A stretch of 62,456 nucleotides of DNA, filler included, from Choristocarpus tenellus KU-1152 (lineage: Eukaryota; Protista; Phaeophyceae): assembly GCA_964200185.2 (NCBI GenBank). It is 7 parts of 7 records of this genome, joined end to end, with 100 filler letters (N's around TTAATTAATTAA, not from the genome) between each part and the next. Parts side by side here need not be neighbours in the genome. Positions count along the whole stretch, not along the records: positions 1 to 31,231 come from CAXNAD020000085.1; positions 31,332 to 33,878 come from CAXNAD020026879.1; positions 33,979 to 43,155 come from CAXNAD020003916.1; 4 more parts are not named here. One strand, 5' to 3'. A program made the position numbers and the translations under genes. Under the pieces are notes generated by a model, which saw only the letters and a list, made by a program, of their open reading frames with translations, was not told the DNA's origin and ran no database searches. Shown here in pieces: positions 28,801 to 40,172 of the stretch. Each line of letters starts with the position of its first letter. Within the stretch, counting starts at the first letter, position 1.

Positions 28801-30488
28801 CAACATCAATGCAGCAAGGTAGAAAAGAGAACTATTTCACAACACAACACCTTAAGGTTGCGTTTTGGTCGGAAGGATTTCAAAATCACAATTATATTAT
28901 TAATACTACTATAATAAATATTACTATGTTTCAATTTGCTGTGACCTGATTGTTTGCCACTACACTAACCTAAACAAAGTCAAGAAGAGATTCATCTCAT
29001 ACCCTATCATGTGCCGTTCAAACACACCTATGGAGCTACACCCAGGCTATAGTGATTAGTAATTAATTCTACCTTTGTCCTCAACAGCAGAAAATTGGAT
29101 GCATTCTAGCAGAATATCAAGTGTGCAGTGTTTATAAACCACAACCAGGGCAGGAAATGAACTGTGAGGGGATGTATAATTCACCTCTCACCTCACATTA
29201 ATTTTTTTTTTAAACTCACGTTGAACGAACCGCTGTCCCAGGATAGAGCACACCAGAGCTGCCTGAAATTATGGCAAGGGCAGCAGCTGCGTTTGCCAAG
29301 ACCTCTTCATTACTCTTCTTGCTGGGCCCACTATCCTGCACTTCTGATGTTGCAGCAATTCCAGAGTCCATAGGAGATTTGCTAACAGTTGACTTACTCA
29401 CCAAAGAGCATGCACTTCGAATAGTGCCCAGGATAGTGCGTGCAATGAGCTCTTTCCATGAAGGATTCTGTCAAACAAAAAAAGGCACAACCCATCAGAC
29501 AACCCATCAGACTACCAATCAGCCTCCTAAACAAGTGCAAACCTATTTCAACAGAATACAAACACAAATATTGACATAATACCTGAAAAATGCATTGCAC
29601 AACCTCAATACAGATCTACATGAGAAGCATGAGGCAATTCCAATCATTTTTTTCATTCCATTCCGGCTCACTATGTACAACTCCCTCAGTAGACTGGCAC
29701 ACTGATCTGCAAGGCACATGTCAACCATGCCTCCTCCAAAACCTTGAGCACAGCCTGGTACCAGCAGTGCCCCCTTTCCACCTCGAACATTGCAAATTTC
29801 CTCCTTGCATCCAGCCTCTCTCCTCTCTGATTCTGTGCAGTAATTCTCCCCTTGTGCCGTTGAGGTGTCATACACAGTCTTATCTTCCATATTGGACACA
29901 ATACTATCAGCCAGCAGTGCCTGGTCCTTGAATGGTGTTGTCACTCCAGCATAACCTCTCCGCACTGCCAACATCATAACCCCAACCAATCCCACCAGTC
30001 CATCCGATGACCAAGGACTGCCAATTACTGGGGTAGACCCGCCTTGCTCGCTATGTCGTGAAGGTGCTGATCCCTGATGTGCCATGTGCTTGTAGTATGA
30101 AGATACCCTTTTGAATCAGTTTCATGATACGTAAACAATGATGGACAAGGGCAAACAACATAATATTCAAGAACCAACCAGGAAGAAAGCCTGAGAGTCT
30201 TGAGAGTCTCCAGGAGTGACATCAGCACCCTAAGGAAAATAGGATAAGGTAAGGTAGAGTAGATGCCACTAGAGGCACCTACCCAATGTACATGATGATG
30301 TAAGCTCTGGGCGAGAATTTTTTACACACAAGATGGGGTTTGTAAAACATGTCTGGAAGTGCACATAGTGGGTCCATAATAGCAGGTTGCCATTTCTGCA
30401 CATGGTAACCACAGCAAACAAGCTCACCCAACATTTTGTGATGTGTCTTGAGTGTCTTTCCATTTCCAGGCATCAGGTAAGCAGGCAT
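7610..30488 (-). CDS. Giant multi-exon HECT-type E3 ubiquitin ligase (SPRY, Vps62-like, ESxHP/CUB-like and UBA-like modules, C-terminal HECT); probably 5'-incomplete at the contig end
   Basis: About 30 GT-AG exons in one orientation, including large exons within ORFs 15138-16484, 17606-19021, 22075-24219, 27126-28022 and 29543-30085. The 5'-most exon seen (30283-30488) splices in phase into the exon beginning near 30107. Stop at 7610. Confidence 0.88.
19778..19807. repeat. (GA)n microsatellite in an intron
   Basis: Uninterrupted GA dinucleotide run. Confidence 0.9.
20231..21278 (-). CDS. Vps62/DUF946-like module exons of the HECT ligase
   Basis: 'LTIWRPRVPDGWFSVGDVA...KPAKFRVVYQDKASGYNIWRPVPKQG' splices to 'VSLGDFA...VRCVATWAVEPC', the paired 'IWRP.PP.G...LGD' motifs of Vps62-like repeats. 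Confidence 0.65.
21555..21677. repeat. Intronic tandem repeat, 44-bp unit (2 full copies plus 1 shortened)
   Basis: cacttcagtatcaataatatcaataatattaatagcactaactt at 21555 and 21599, shortened copy at 21643. Confidence 0.85.
22128..24186 (-). CDS. Large exon of the HECT ligase containing a SPRY domain and an ESxHP/CUB-like module
   Basis: 'GVHLSSGKWYYEATIV', 'LRVGWA', 'TDVVGCALDLDSGSFRFSVNGKW', 'FCPCFSL...VSINFGATPFAFP' are SPRY signatures. The N-terminal part has 'VHESLHPVCAP'. Confidence 0.85.
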
Positions 30489-30572
30489 CTACCTCTTGTG
30501 GGCTGATGGTGGGTAATACTGTCCCCAGTAGGAGAAGGACACATCTGTGGTAGAGGGGGCAAGCACACACAA

Positions 30573-30660
30573 ATGACAAGAAGAGTACTTGTGTATGACA
30601 AGAAGAGTACTTGTGTATGACAAGAAGAGTACTTGTGTATGACAAGAAGAGTACTTGTGT
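30573..30660. repeat. Minisatellite, 22-bp unit x4, exact copies
   Basis: atgacaagaagagtacttgtgt repeated four times with no spacers. Confidence 0.95.
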
Positions 30661-30869
30661 GGAACGACTTGACACACACACTGACTCTGGTGCAATACAA
30701 AAGACACCAACTCACACACGCACTCTAAGCAGCACATAAGATCATGATTCTTGTAGGTGCATATAGCATCAACAATCAACAATCAACTATCAACAGAGAG
30801 TGTTGTGAAACCAATCTCTACCTGATAGACTGTTGTGAATATTCAATGCTTTGTTTCTTTCTAGAAAAT

Positions 30870-31231
30870 CACACATATATCAACATACACATACACATGT
30901 ATCAACATACACATACACATGTATCAACATACAACATACACATGTATCAACATGCATATGTATCAACATACACATGTATCAACATACAACATACACATGT
31001 ATCAACATACACATACACATGTATCAACATACACATGTATCAACATACAACATACACATGTATCAACATACACATACACATGTATCAACATACACATACA
31101 CATGTATCAACATACACATACACATGTATCAACATACACATGTATCAACATACAACATACACATGTATCAACATACAACATACACATGTATCAACATACA
31201 ACATACACATGTATCAACATACAACATACAC
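30870..31231. repeat. Compound minisatellite (acatacacatgtatca with acatac/acataca variants) running into the gap
   Basis: Directly visible; explains the spurious HIHMYQ/TYTCIN ORFs. Confidence 0.95.
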
Positions 31232-31331
31232 NNNNNNNNNNNNNNNNNNNNNNNNNNNNNNNNNNNNNNNNNNNNTTAATTAATTAANNNNNNNNNNNNN
31301 NNNNNNNNNNNNNNNNNNNNNNNNNNNNNNN
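31232..31331. other. Artificial contig-joining spacer
   Basis: 44 N + TTAATTAATTAA (stops in all six frames) + 44 N. Confidence 0.97.
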
Positions 31332-33878
31332 TTGTTGGGGTTGGGGGGGAGGGCTTGGAATCTCGTTCTATCACAGTGGAGTATTGTGTGTGATTCTACT
31401 GCTTCAATGTTCCCACATATTCCTTTGACTTTTCCTTTCTCCCAAGTTGTGTCCGGCCTTTTCATCTCCGATCCAATAGACACAGGTCAACCTCAAACGG
31501 TTGATGCCGCTAACGCTTCCCCTCTCTCCTCAATCTCCCTGTCCCCATCCTATCGCCAAAAGGTTGACCTGTCTTTTGGTGGTTTAGGAGTCTATGGGGG
31601 TGGAGGGTCAGATGAGGGTAGGGTTGGGGATGAGTTCGGTATGGAAACATGCCTCCTCAAGGCCATCTGGGTTCCTGGGTCACAGGTGTGAGCCTCGTTT
31701 ATTCACAAATTCCTCATTGAGGGACACGGTGTGTTTGTCTTCCTTAACTTGGCTCTTGCTCACTGGGTATTACTGGCTGGGTATCACTCTATATAATATA
31801 TTTCAAGTTGTCCTGTGCTCTGTTGGATGTGGATTTGATAGCATGATAATTACAGGTTTTGGGGTGCTGTTCTGCTCAGGTTATGCACGTAGGGCCAGGA
31901 ACAAGAGGAGAACGCCTTTTTCCCTTCCCCCCCATCCCCCCAAAACTACTCTTGTGGATCGGCTGCAGGTTTCCTTGAGTCATGTTGGAAGTGTAGTTTC
32001 TGGAGGAGAGAAGAGGATATGTACCTTGGTTTTTGTCTGTTGTACTATAGATTGTAGTTGGTTATGGGGTGGCGATGGTGAAGTACTGTGGCCCAGTAGG
32101 AGGCATCCCTCCTCAACTTGGTTCCCCAGGACAGTCCCATTTGACACCTTGTTTTCCTTCCGATTCCTTTCGTCAATGACAATCCCTGACTTGAAATAGG
32201 TGCATCTATGGTTGTCCAGGTTTTCTATTGAGCTTGTATCCCATGTGACCCGTGTGTGCCGATGTGCTTACATGGGCGTTTCTAGTGGTTTGTTTTTGTC
32301 TTGTTTTCCAGTCTTGCCTCCTACAGCGAGTTCTGAATTTTGAATTTGTGTTTATTCTTCATTTACTTTGCACTCGACAAACCCACTGTTTCATTGGTCG
32401 ACACTTTCATGTTGGTGTCTGCTTGCACCCAGGGCACGCCTTGAGTCTGCAGAGTATGTGGTAGGGTGTGCTGCGCCATAACCTTGGGTAATGAGGTTAT
32501 TTAGTTTGTATCAACCCTGAACGCCTCCTACTGTGGTTTCAGTTGCTCTTTGGTAGGTCATACCTTTGCACTGATACATACGAACGCTCTTCTCACTTGA
32601 ACACCCAAATCCGTGTCTGCTGGCTATCTCCTCTTCCACAACAACTGTGGTGCATGTGACAGATCCTTCTTGCGGTGATATGCACACAGTTTGTGCGGGT
32701 CTACGACCTGTCCTCTGATGCAACTACCCCCTTACACACATACTATCTCCCTGCCACTCCAGAGGATGCTGGTGATGGCAACAGGGGATCATTTATCCAG
32801 GATGTAGCGCTTGTGCCCCCCCAGCCCCAGCAGGCATTTCAATCGCCAATGTCGGAGCCGTTGCCGCAGCCATCCTTGCCCCCTGTTACCAGTGGTGATG
32901 CAGATTCGTGTGAAACAGGAACTAAGAAGGAGAAGGAGGTGTTGAGGTCAGACTCACACTTGGCGCCTGTACTGGCGACGGCGGTAGTTCTCACAGGTAG
33001 TGGGCATCTCTTTGCCAAGGGGATTACAGCTCCTCGTAAGCGGTGCTCCTCAACAGCTGACCCCTCAGGGTTGCCCCAGGCGGTGGTGATGATGGACTGC
33101 AGTGAGGGTGGGGAGGGCGAGAGAGAAGAGGATAGGAAAATAGGGCACCGGCTCCTCATCCCACAGCATGTGAAGGAAGCGTGTGGACCAACTGGTGTCA
33201 CTGCGAGTCCTCAAGGCGAGTCCTCCACGCTGGCGACAGGGGCAACTGCAGTGGCCAATACCCCTTCCACTGCTCCGGTTGGGGCAATCAGAGGGCCGTC
33301 CCCCTCCCTTTCCTCTTCGCAGTCATACCAGGCAATTGGTGCTGTCTTTGGTGGTGTTGGCAGGGGAGGAGCTGCAGGGGGAGATGTGGATGACTCCATG
33401 GATGAGTTGGATGATAGTCTTTCGCTTGTGGATGCAAGTGTCCGTCGTGTGTGGATGTCCACTGCAACTGGCAATGTTTCTGACTCAGGATCTGCGGCTA
33501 CTGCTGCTGTTGCAGCAGCCAGGACGGCTGTAGGGACCGCCTCTGTGGCATCTCCTGCAAACCCTTCTGGGACGCTCTACTTCTCGCTGCAGATGGGGCT
33601 GCTCATCTTGGCACGCGAGGGTATGTCCACACTTGCCCTGCGGATTTCTGGTGGAGGAAAAACGGCCACTATCTCAGGGGGCTTTGTGCTACTCCCATCC
33701 AGAGGAGGCAAGTCTGGGGGTGTGTCAGGGGCAGGGGCACGAGGAGGGACAGGATCAGGGTCGTGGACTGCGCTGGAGAACAGCACATGCCCACCGCCCT
33801 ACTGGCGCTTCATGGATTACTGTGATGGGGCAGAACACCTTGAAGGCGTGGATGTATGGGGGGGGAAGGGGGGGGGGG
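31332..33878 (+). CDS. UBR4: Internal fragment (2 exons) of a UBR4/BIG (p600, calossin)-like giant E3 ligase
   Basis: The exon ending at 31685 ('CLLKAIWVPGSQ') splices in phase 0 to the exon starting at 32663 ('ILLAVICTQFVRVYDLSSDATTPLHTYYLP...IQDVAL'), which recalls the UBR4/BIG motif '[27 protein letters not shown]...SP..YF.LP'. Later 'GTLYFSLQMGLLIL' also fits. Truncated by gaps on both sides; the 5' exon boundary is uncertain. Confidence 0.75.
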
Positions 33879-33978
33879 NNNNNNNNNNNNNNNNNNNNNN
33901 NNNNNNNNNNNNNNNNNNNNNNTTAATTAATTAANNNNNNNNNNNNNNNNNNNNNNNNNNNNNNNNNNNNNNNNNNNN
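33879..33978. other. Artificial contig-joining spacer
   Basis: 44 N + TTAATTAATTAA + 44 N. Confidence 0.97.
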
Positions 33979-34039
33979 CTTAAATTGTTTCTTCTACAGA
34001 ATCTTCTTTTACACATGAATAAAAAGCATATTCTTAACA
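33979..34039 (-). repeat. LTR end fragment of the same copia family, cut by the gap
   Basis: Reverse complement reads tgttaagaatatgctttttattcatgtgtaaaagaagattctgtagaagaaac, matching the LTR start at 34721/39825. Confidence 0.85.
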
Positions 34040-34720
34040 ATGCTCAACATAATGCGCACTGTTGCCTTGCCAGCATAGAGCCTTACTGCTGGTTTAGTTT
34101 GGATAGTATTGAGAAGAAAACTATGGGATGGCCACGTAGCTTCTTCCTGGGTACAACCATTGTTAGCAGCAACACACGTGTGCCAAATTGTTCTTCACTA
34201 ATACCCTTTACCCATCTTTGGAAACGATATCGATATCATGTGTTCTTTCCAACTCACTCCAGTGTAACTGTGCAACTTTTTGCTCAATAGGGTTTATACC
34301 ATGTGGTCTATACTACCTTGTTTCAGAACATGCACAATATCTGTATTGTTCGTCTCAGCTGTGACTATGGCGCTCCTTAACAGGAGTAAGGGGCATGGTG
34401 AATACCCTCAAGTGTGTAGGTAGTTTCAGATAACGGTGCCTCTGTAAGTACTCACCGTGGGGTGTAACTCGGACTGGTCGGGCTGTTGTCCTGTTCCCTC
34501 TTGATATTTTTTGAATATTTTAGTACTTAACAAAAAAGACTTACAGGACATCGTATAATTTGCCAATACTAGGTGTAGGTGTTAAGATGAGCAATGTCAA
34601 GATTATGCTTGACCATTTGTGAGAATAAGATTCGAAGTAATATTTTATGTACGCACGAACGAAGATGCGGGATATTTGACCAGAACCAATTGGCAGAATT
34701 TATTCAGAGTGTTCCTGGCG

Positions 34721-35076
34721 TGTTAAGAATATGCCTTTTATTCAGGTGTAAAAGGTGATTCCGTAGGAGAAACCTTGAGTTGTTGAACTATTGTTGGATA
34801 ACAGGATATTTGATGGTAATGTCTCTGTCAGGTGTCTACAACATTATTATCCGGGCTATTATAGTACAACAAGAAGAATCCTAGAAAAGGAAAGTTGTAG
34901 CAAGTAACACATACTGAGTGACGAGTTATTAGTGATCAGGGATGAGTAAAAGGTTTATCACCCCCCCTTCTGAATATGTATCTCACTCCAACTTTCTATC
35001 TTCTACAACATAACTGAGAAAGAATTAATCTACATATTTCAATATCAAGACTTGGGATTCTACACATTCTTTAACA
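34721..35076 (+). repeat. 5' LTR of the copia element
   Basis: tgttaagaat...attctttaaca; roughly 93% identical to the 3' LTR by eye. Confidence 0.92.
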
Positions 35077-38000
35077 TGCTAGATAGCATACTTTCAAGTG
35101 TGCTGATATCTCAAGAAGCTAGTAGTAGAGGGGACAGACAGAGACCCGATGGCATCTGCTGTCAGTAACATGAACGTGGAGGTTGGAGATGTTGGTGTGG
35201 AAGTACAGGACATCGATGATGAGGAGGATCTAGTGACAAGGGGGATCGTGACCCCAAGACGAACTGCAGAAGTGGACCTGCAGCGCCTCATCCCACTTCC
35301 TCAAAATTTGTGGCGTACAAGGTGACGATGATGGGGAGGGGTTTCCCTTGCACAAGAAACGATTTCTAACTTGTGCTCGATGGGTGGATGGATGGTTGCA
35401 TTATTCACTCAAGACCACATCAGGGTGGGCCTATAAGGAGGAAATACGTCGAGGAGGACACGCAAAGAAGTAAGTGAAGCCAGCATGGCGTTGGCTGGAT
35501 TGGTTATAAGTGTAGGAGGACTTGCACTCAACATTGTCGATAACCACGACAGCCCGTCTGAAGCTTTCCAGGCACTGAGAGACCGTTTCAAAAGAGATGG
35601 TATCACAGAAAGAGTGATCTGGAGGACAAAATTACACGAATTGTGTCTACCAATTGGGGGAGATCCTGCGGATATTATCCAAGAGATGGGAAAGCTGGTG
35701 AAGAAATTGTGAAGTCTTGGCGCTGAACCAGACGAGGAAGAGCAGCTGACAGCCATTCATAATTGTTTTGCTGCAGAATATAAGATTGAAATACATCAGA
35801 TTTCCGATGTGGGTCGAACAGCAAGATTGCAACTACAGAAGAGGGTTTGCCAATCATATCAGATGAACAAGAGGTTAGTGGGCAGTGGTGTTGGAAACCA
35901 CAATGGACCGCTTATGTCTACTGGAAGCTCGACTTTCAATCAAGGATCGCGTTCTACATCATCAACTGGACATCATGGCAAACATGTAAAATGTTTCAAG
36001 TGCGGTGGACCGCATTACATGTCTGTTTGTCTGTCTGTTTCTTCCCCACCTGTAACAGGCAAATTTAGCGGATTGGGACAAAAAGCCAAAAATTGTCCTG
36101 GATGTGCAGTGGCTGTGGCTGCAGCCAATCAAAAGTTGTAGATGGTGGTGCAGTGACTACACAGAGGAAGAGTCGTGGTCAAGGGAAGACAAATGGTGGA
36201 AATAATGGACTGCTGAAGATGCTTAGAGGTTTCTCGACGGTGAGGGATGAGAACATTGAACAGTGGATGATATATGTTATTTTGATATTGAGTGTTCTGC
36301 CCACATGACCAACAACCCCATTGCTTTGATAGACAACGACCTGTTAGTAGAAAGTCTATGACTGTTGGTACAGGACAGAAACTTCAAGGTACCATGGTTG
36401 GAAACTTACCATTACGTTGCATACATAATGAGAAGGTTTATGATTGTGTTATGTGCAATGTGTTGTTGGTTCCAAATTTAAAGTTCAATCTTTTCTCAAT
36501 GGTTCAAGCTGGTTATCAATCAGGTGGAGAAATTTATTTTGGACCTCCCCTTATTTTTTCATCAACCCGTGGAAAGAATTTTGATTTGTTCACATTAAAG
36601 GCTAGGAAGAGAATGCCTACAACACCTACACCATCACATATACCAACTCCCCCTTACCCATCTGATGAGACCGAAGTGGCATTTGCGCTTGGAGGAACAG
36701 CAGCAATCGACCTCACCCAAGGGGGGGCTGGATGTGTCAATTTCGCGCAGGATGGGGGTGGAAGTATTTACCTAGCCCAGGAGGGGGCAAGAGGAGTCGA
36801 CTTCACACAGGATGAGGCTGGAGGTATCGACCTAGCCCACGGTGGGGCTAGAGATGTCGATCTTGCCCAAGAGGGGAGTGGTGCGGATATCGATCGAGAA
36901 GGATTGATAATCGAGGCTACTTCATCAGTGGAGGATGCTGTAGCAATGAGTACACTTCCCCCCAAGGGGGTTGAAGTTAATGTCATTGTCCCAGAGGGGA
37001 TTGTTGGGGGGGAGGGACCTACCTCAAAGATGGTTCCACCAGTGTTTGATCCAGGGGAGTCAACTAGGCCGAATGAAACATCAGAGGTGGATGTTGAGGA
37101 ACTGGGTGGAAGCAAAGCATATACCATCATCCCTGGGGGGACTGTTGAGGGGGAGGAGCTCGCCTCAAGTATGGACACCGGTGATATAAAACTCGCATCG
37201 ATATCGGGGAATGGTGGACCTGATGTGCTCGCCCAAGGTGAGGCTGGAACTTTTATCACGGTCCCTTGGGGCCTGAGTGGCGAGATGCGACCTACTAATA
37301 AGTGGATATCAACCAGATGCATATGCAACTCGGTCACTGCCATGAGGCAATGGTACGCAGGTATGCCAAGGATAGTGGGATTTACTTAACTGGGGAATGG
37401 CAACAATACTGTAAGGGGTGCCCTATTGGCAAGGCTCATCAGAAACCTGTACCTAAGTTAACAGAGAATAAGTCTGACCGACAGTTGGGATGGGTGTTGA
37501 TAGATTTGAGCGGATCAAAGCCAAGGGCAAGCAGCCTGGGTGGATACCTTTATGAGATGATGGTATGTGACATGACAGGAATGTGATGGATTCGATTCCT
37601 GCAAGCCAAGAATGAAACTGCAATGTTTTTTTTGGTTTTTTATTCAAGATGTGGCAGATGAGGAAAATTTGTGCACTGGGTGTGTTAGGACTGATGAGGG
37701 CATGGAGTTCAAGAATGGGGACTTCAAGGGGGTGTTGGATCAACACAAGATTCGACATGAGTACACCGTTCCGGGTACCCCCCAATTGAATAGGAAAGTG
37801 GAACGTGTGAAGGCACTGATAGCGGAGAAGGGGCTGGTCATAATGCACGTAACTGGATTGGGGGATCAGTTGGGTTTGAGGGCGGAGGCAAACAACATGA
37901 CTACCACACTAAAAAACCTTTGCCCCACATCTGCTAACCACCACTGGAAATAACCTTATGAAATGTTTTATGGTGTTCCAACCCACCCTCATTTGTTGCC

Positions 38001-39453
38001 TCTTTGGGGTTCTAAGGGGTTCACAAGAGTAGATCAACAGATGCATAAGTTGGCACCAAGAGCCGAACCTTGTCTGATGATGGGATGTTCTTCCAACCAC
38101 CCTTATGTTTCTTTGCGGGTTCTTACAGATTCAGGACAAATAGTTAACAGGCTTGACTATTTTTGGGAACCTTATTCTGTCGCTGAGATTAACAAGACTG
38201 GGGATGGAATCTTGGAGAAGCAAGAGGACTTTGGGGTGAGGATTGGGGATTTGGCGCCGGAGGAAATTTCTTCGGAATCGGAAGAAGAGGTTCCAGAGGA
38301 AAAGACTTCAAAAGAGGTCTCTTCGGAAAAAGTGGGTTTGGATTCGGAATTTGGAAGTGGAGAAGGTGGAATAATGTGGAGAACACTATAGAGAATGGAA
38401 ATACTGATGGGATGCTGAACACTGGTCCTGGTGGTGTGGATCCACCTACGTCACAGCAGGGGAGTGGTGGAAGGTTGTTACTGCGACTAGTGGACCATAT
38501 AACCTAAACCCCCCATCTGAAACTGGTGAAGCATCGGAACGGACATTAAGGTATGAGCGAAGACTGACTTGTGGGTGGGAAAGATAAACCCCTCCCACCA
38601 GAACCTAAGACCATGAGAGCAGCAACAGAGTCTGAGGAGTGACCTTTGTGGAAAGCTGCTATTGATGAAGAAGTGGATGATCTGGATAGCAGGGGAGTGT
38701 GGATTCAAGTACCTCGATCGAAAAATGGTTTTCCACCAAGGCAGATGGATGGGAAAGGGAGATTGCAGAGGTCCAAGGCGACACTAGGACTACTGGAGGT
38801 GAAACTTTGCAGGATCAGGAGGAACGGAAAAACTGGGACACTTGTGGTCTATCAGAGCTTGTACATCGGAGAGCTGGTGGAAAGGCACAGTATTGGCACG
38901 ACTTACGAGCTACCATCCATCACAAAGGAAATGGAGCAGGAAGGACCTGTTCCAGATGACCAAATCTAAAATTGGTGTTATACAATGGGCTGCTATCATG
39001 ACTAGACCTGATGTGTGTTTTGCAGTTAGAGAGTTGGCTTCTTGTGTGGAGAATCCAAGTTCTGATTGGTTGAATGCTAGGAGAGTGATTGGGTACCTAT
39101 TGGGTGCTAGAGAGTATGGAATTACCTTTTGTGACTTTGGATTGTATGGTAATGGACAAAGGGACCAGTTAATTGGCTATATAGATGCTGATTATGCTAA
39201 CTGTGAAGACAGTAGATTGTCTATTTCTGGGGGTGTTATGTTTGGGGAGGATGTGTCGATCATTGGTCGAGAAAGAAGAAAACGGTTACACTGTCTACTG
39301 CTGAGGCTGAGTATGTTGCACTGTGTGAGTTGGAGAAAGAAGTTATGTTCCTCAAGGAAGCACACATGTTTATGCGATGACAATGTAAAGATTACCCAGT
39401 ACTAGTGTTTGAGGACAATGGTGGTGCAATAAAGATTTCACAGAAGACAGTAC

Positions 39454-39582
39454 GGCTCAAAGTATCTGGTGAGGGATGGCGGCTGTCCAGTTGGGATCAA
39501 TTTTTTCATATCGCGATTTTTGGGTGATTTGATTCCGTATGTTGGATGGATAATGTAAATGCGCTATTCCTGGTTTGGGGTC
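39454..39582 (+). mobile_element. MITE family A, internally deleted copy nested in the copia RNase H
   Basis: Starts ggctcaaagtatctgg and ends ggggtc; similar to 43256-43417, 59897-60010 and 62283-62395. Flanked by TAC/TAT; removing it with one TSD copy restores 'FEDNGGAIKISQKTVSGGRTKHIDIRYHY'. Confidence 0.85.
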
Positions 39583-39824
39583 TATCTGGTGGTAGAACTA
39601 AGCACATAGACATTAGGTACCACTATGTACGACAGCTACAGAGGGAAAGGAAAGTGAAGATTGGATATATACCTACGAAATTCCAACATACGGATCTTTT
39701 TACCAAGGGTTTGTCTAAGGAATTATTCAATAGGCATGCAGATACCATTGAGGGTAATGTGTGATGTGATATGATGATTGTGTTTTGAGGTGATATTTTC
39801 ACTTGAAAATCAAAGCAGGGAATG

Positions 39825-40172
39825 TGTTAAGAATATGCTTTTTATTCAGGTGTAAAAGATGATTCTGTAGGAGAAACCTTGAGTTGTTGAACTATTGTTG
39901 GATAACAGGATAATTGATAGTAATGTTTCTGTCAGGTGACTACGACAATATTATCTGGGTTATTATAGTACAACAAGAAGAACCTAGAAAAGGAATGTTG
40001 TAGCAAGTAACACATATTGAGTGACGAGTTATTAGTGATCAGGGATGAGTAAAAGGTTTATTACCCCCCCTACTTGAAAGATATATCTCACTCCAACTTT
40101 CTATCTCCTACAACATAACTGAGAAGGAATTAATCTATATATATCACTTGGGATTCTACGCATTCTTTAACA
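39825..40172 (+). repeat. 3' LTR of the copia element
   Basis: tgttaagaat...attctttaaca, preceded by a purine-rich tract (aaagcagggaa). Confidence 0.92.

Larger units (their letters stand above)
34721..40172 (+). mobile_element. Ty1/copia LTR retrotransposon, full-length but decayed (non-autonomous)
   Basis: TG...CA LTRs at 34721-35076 and 39825-40172, flanked by TSD tggcg/tggca. Internal order: gag knuckle 'KCFKCGGPHYMSVC', protease remnant, GAG-pre-integrase 'HMQLGHCHE...CKGCPIGKAHQKP', integrase 'VRTDEGMEF...TPQLNRKVER', RT start 'WKAAIDEEVDDL', RNase H 'GYIDADYANCEDSRLSISG', 'STAEAEYVAL', 'RTKHIDIRYHYVR'. Many stops and frameshifts. Confidence 0.95.

Noticed and set aside
30573-30660. 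22-bp repeats as a CRISPR array
   Set aside because: Head-to-tail copies with no spacers, eukaryotic context, no cas genes.
30744-31287. His/Tyr/Thr-rich ORFs
   Set aside because: Translations of a minisatellite running into Ns.
7610-33878. HECT ligase and UBR4 as a ubiquitin-ligase gene cluster
   Set aside because: They lie on different contigs joined by an artificial spacer, so physical linkage is unsupported.
35077-35095. tRNA primer-binding site of the copia element
   Set aside because: tgctagatagc... does not match a canonical TGG-starting site well enough to assign a tRNA.
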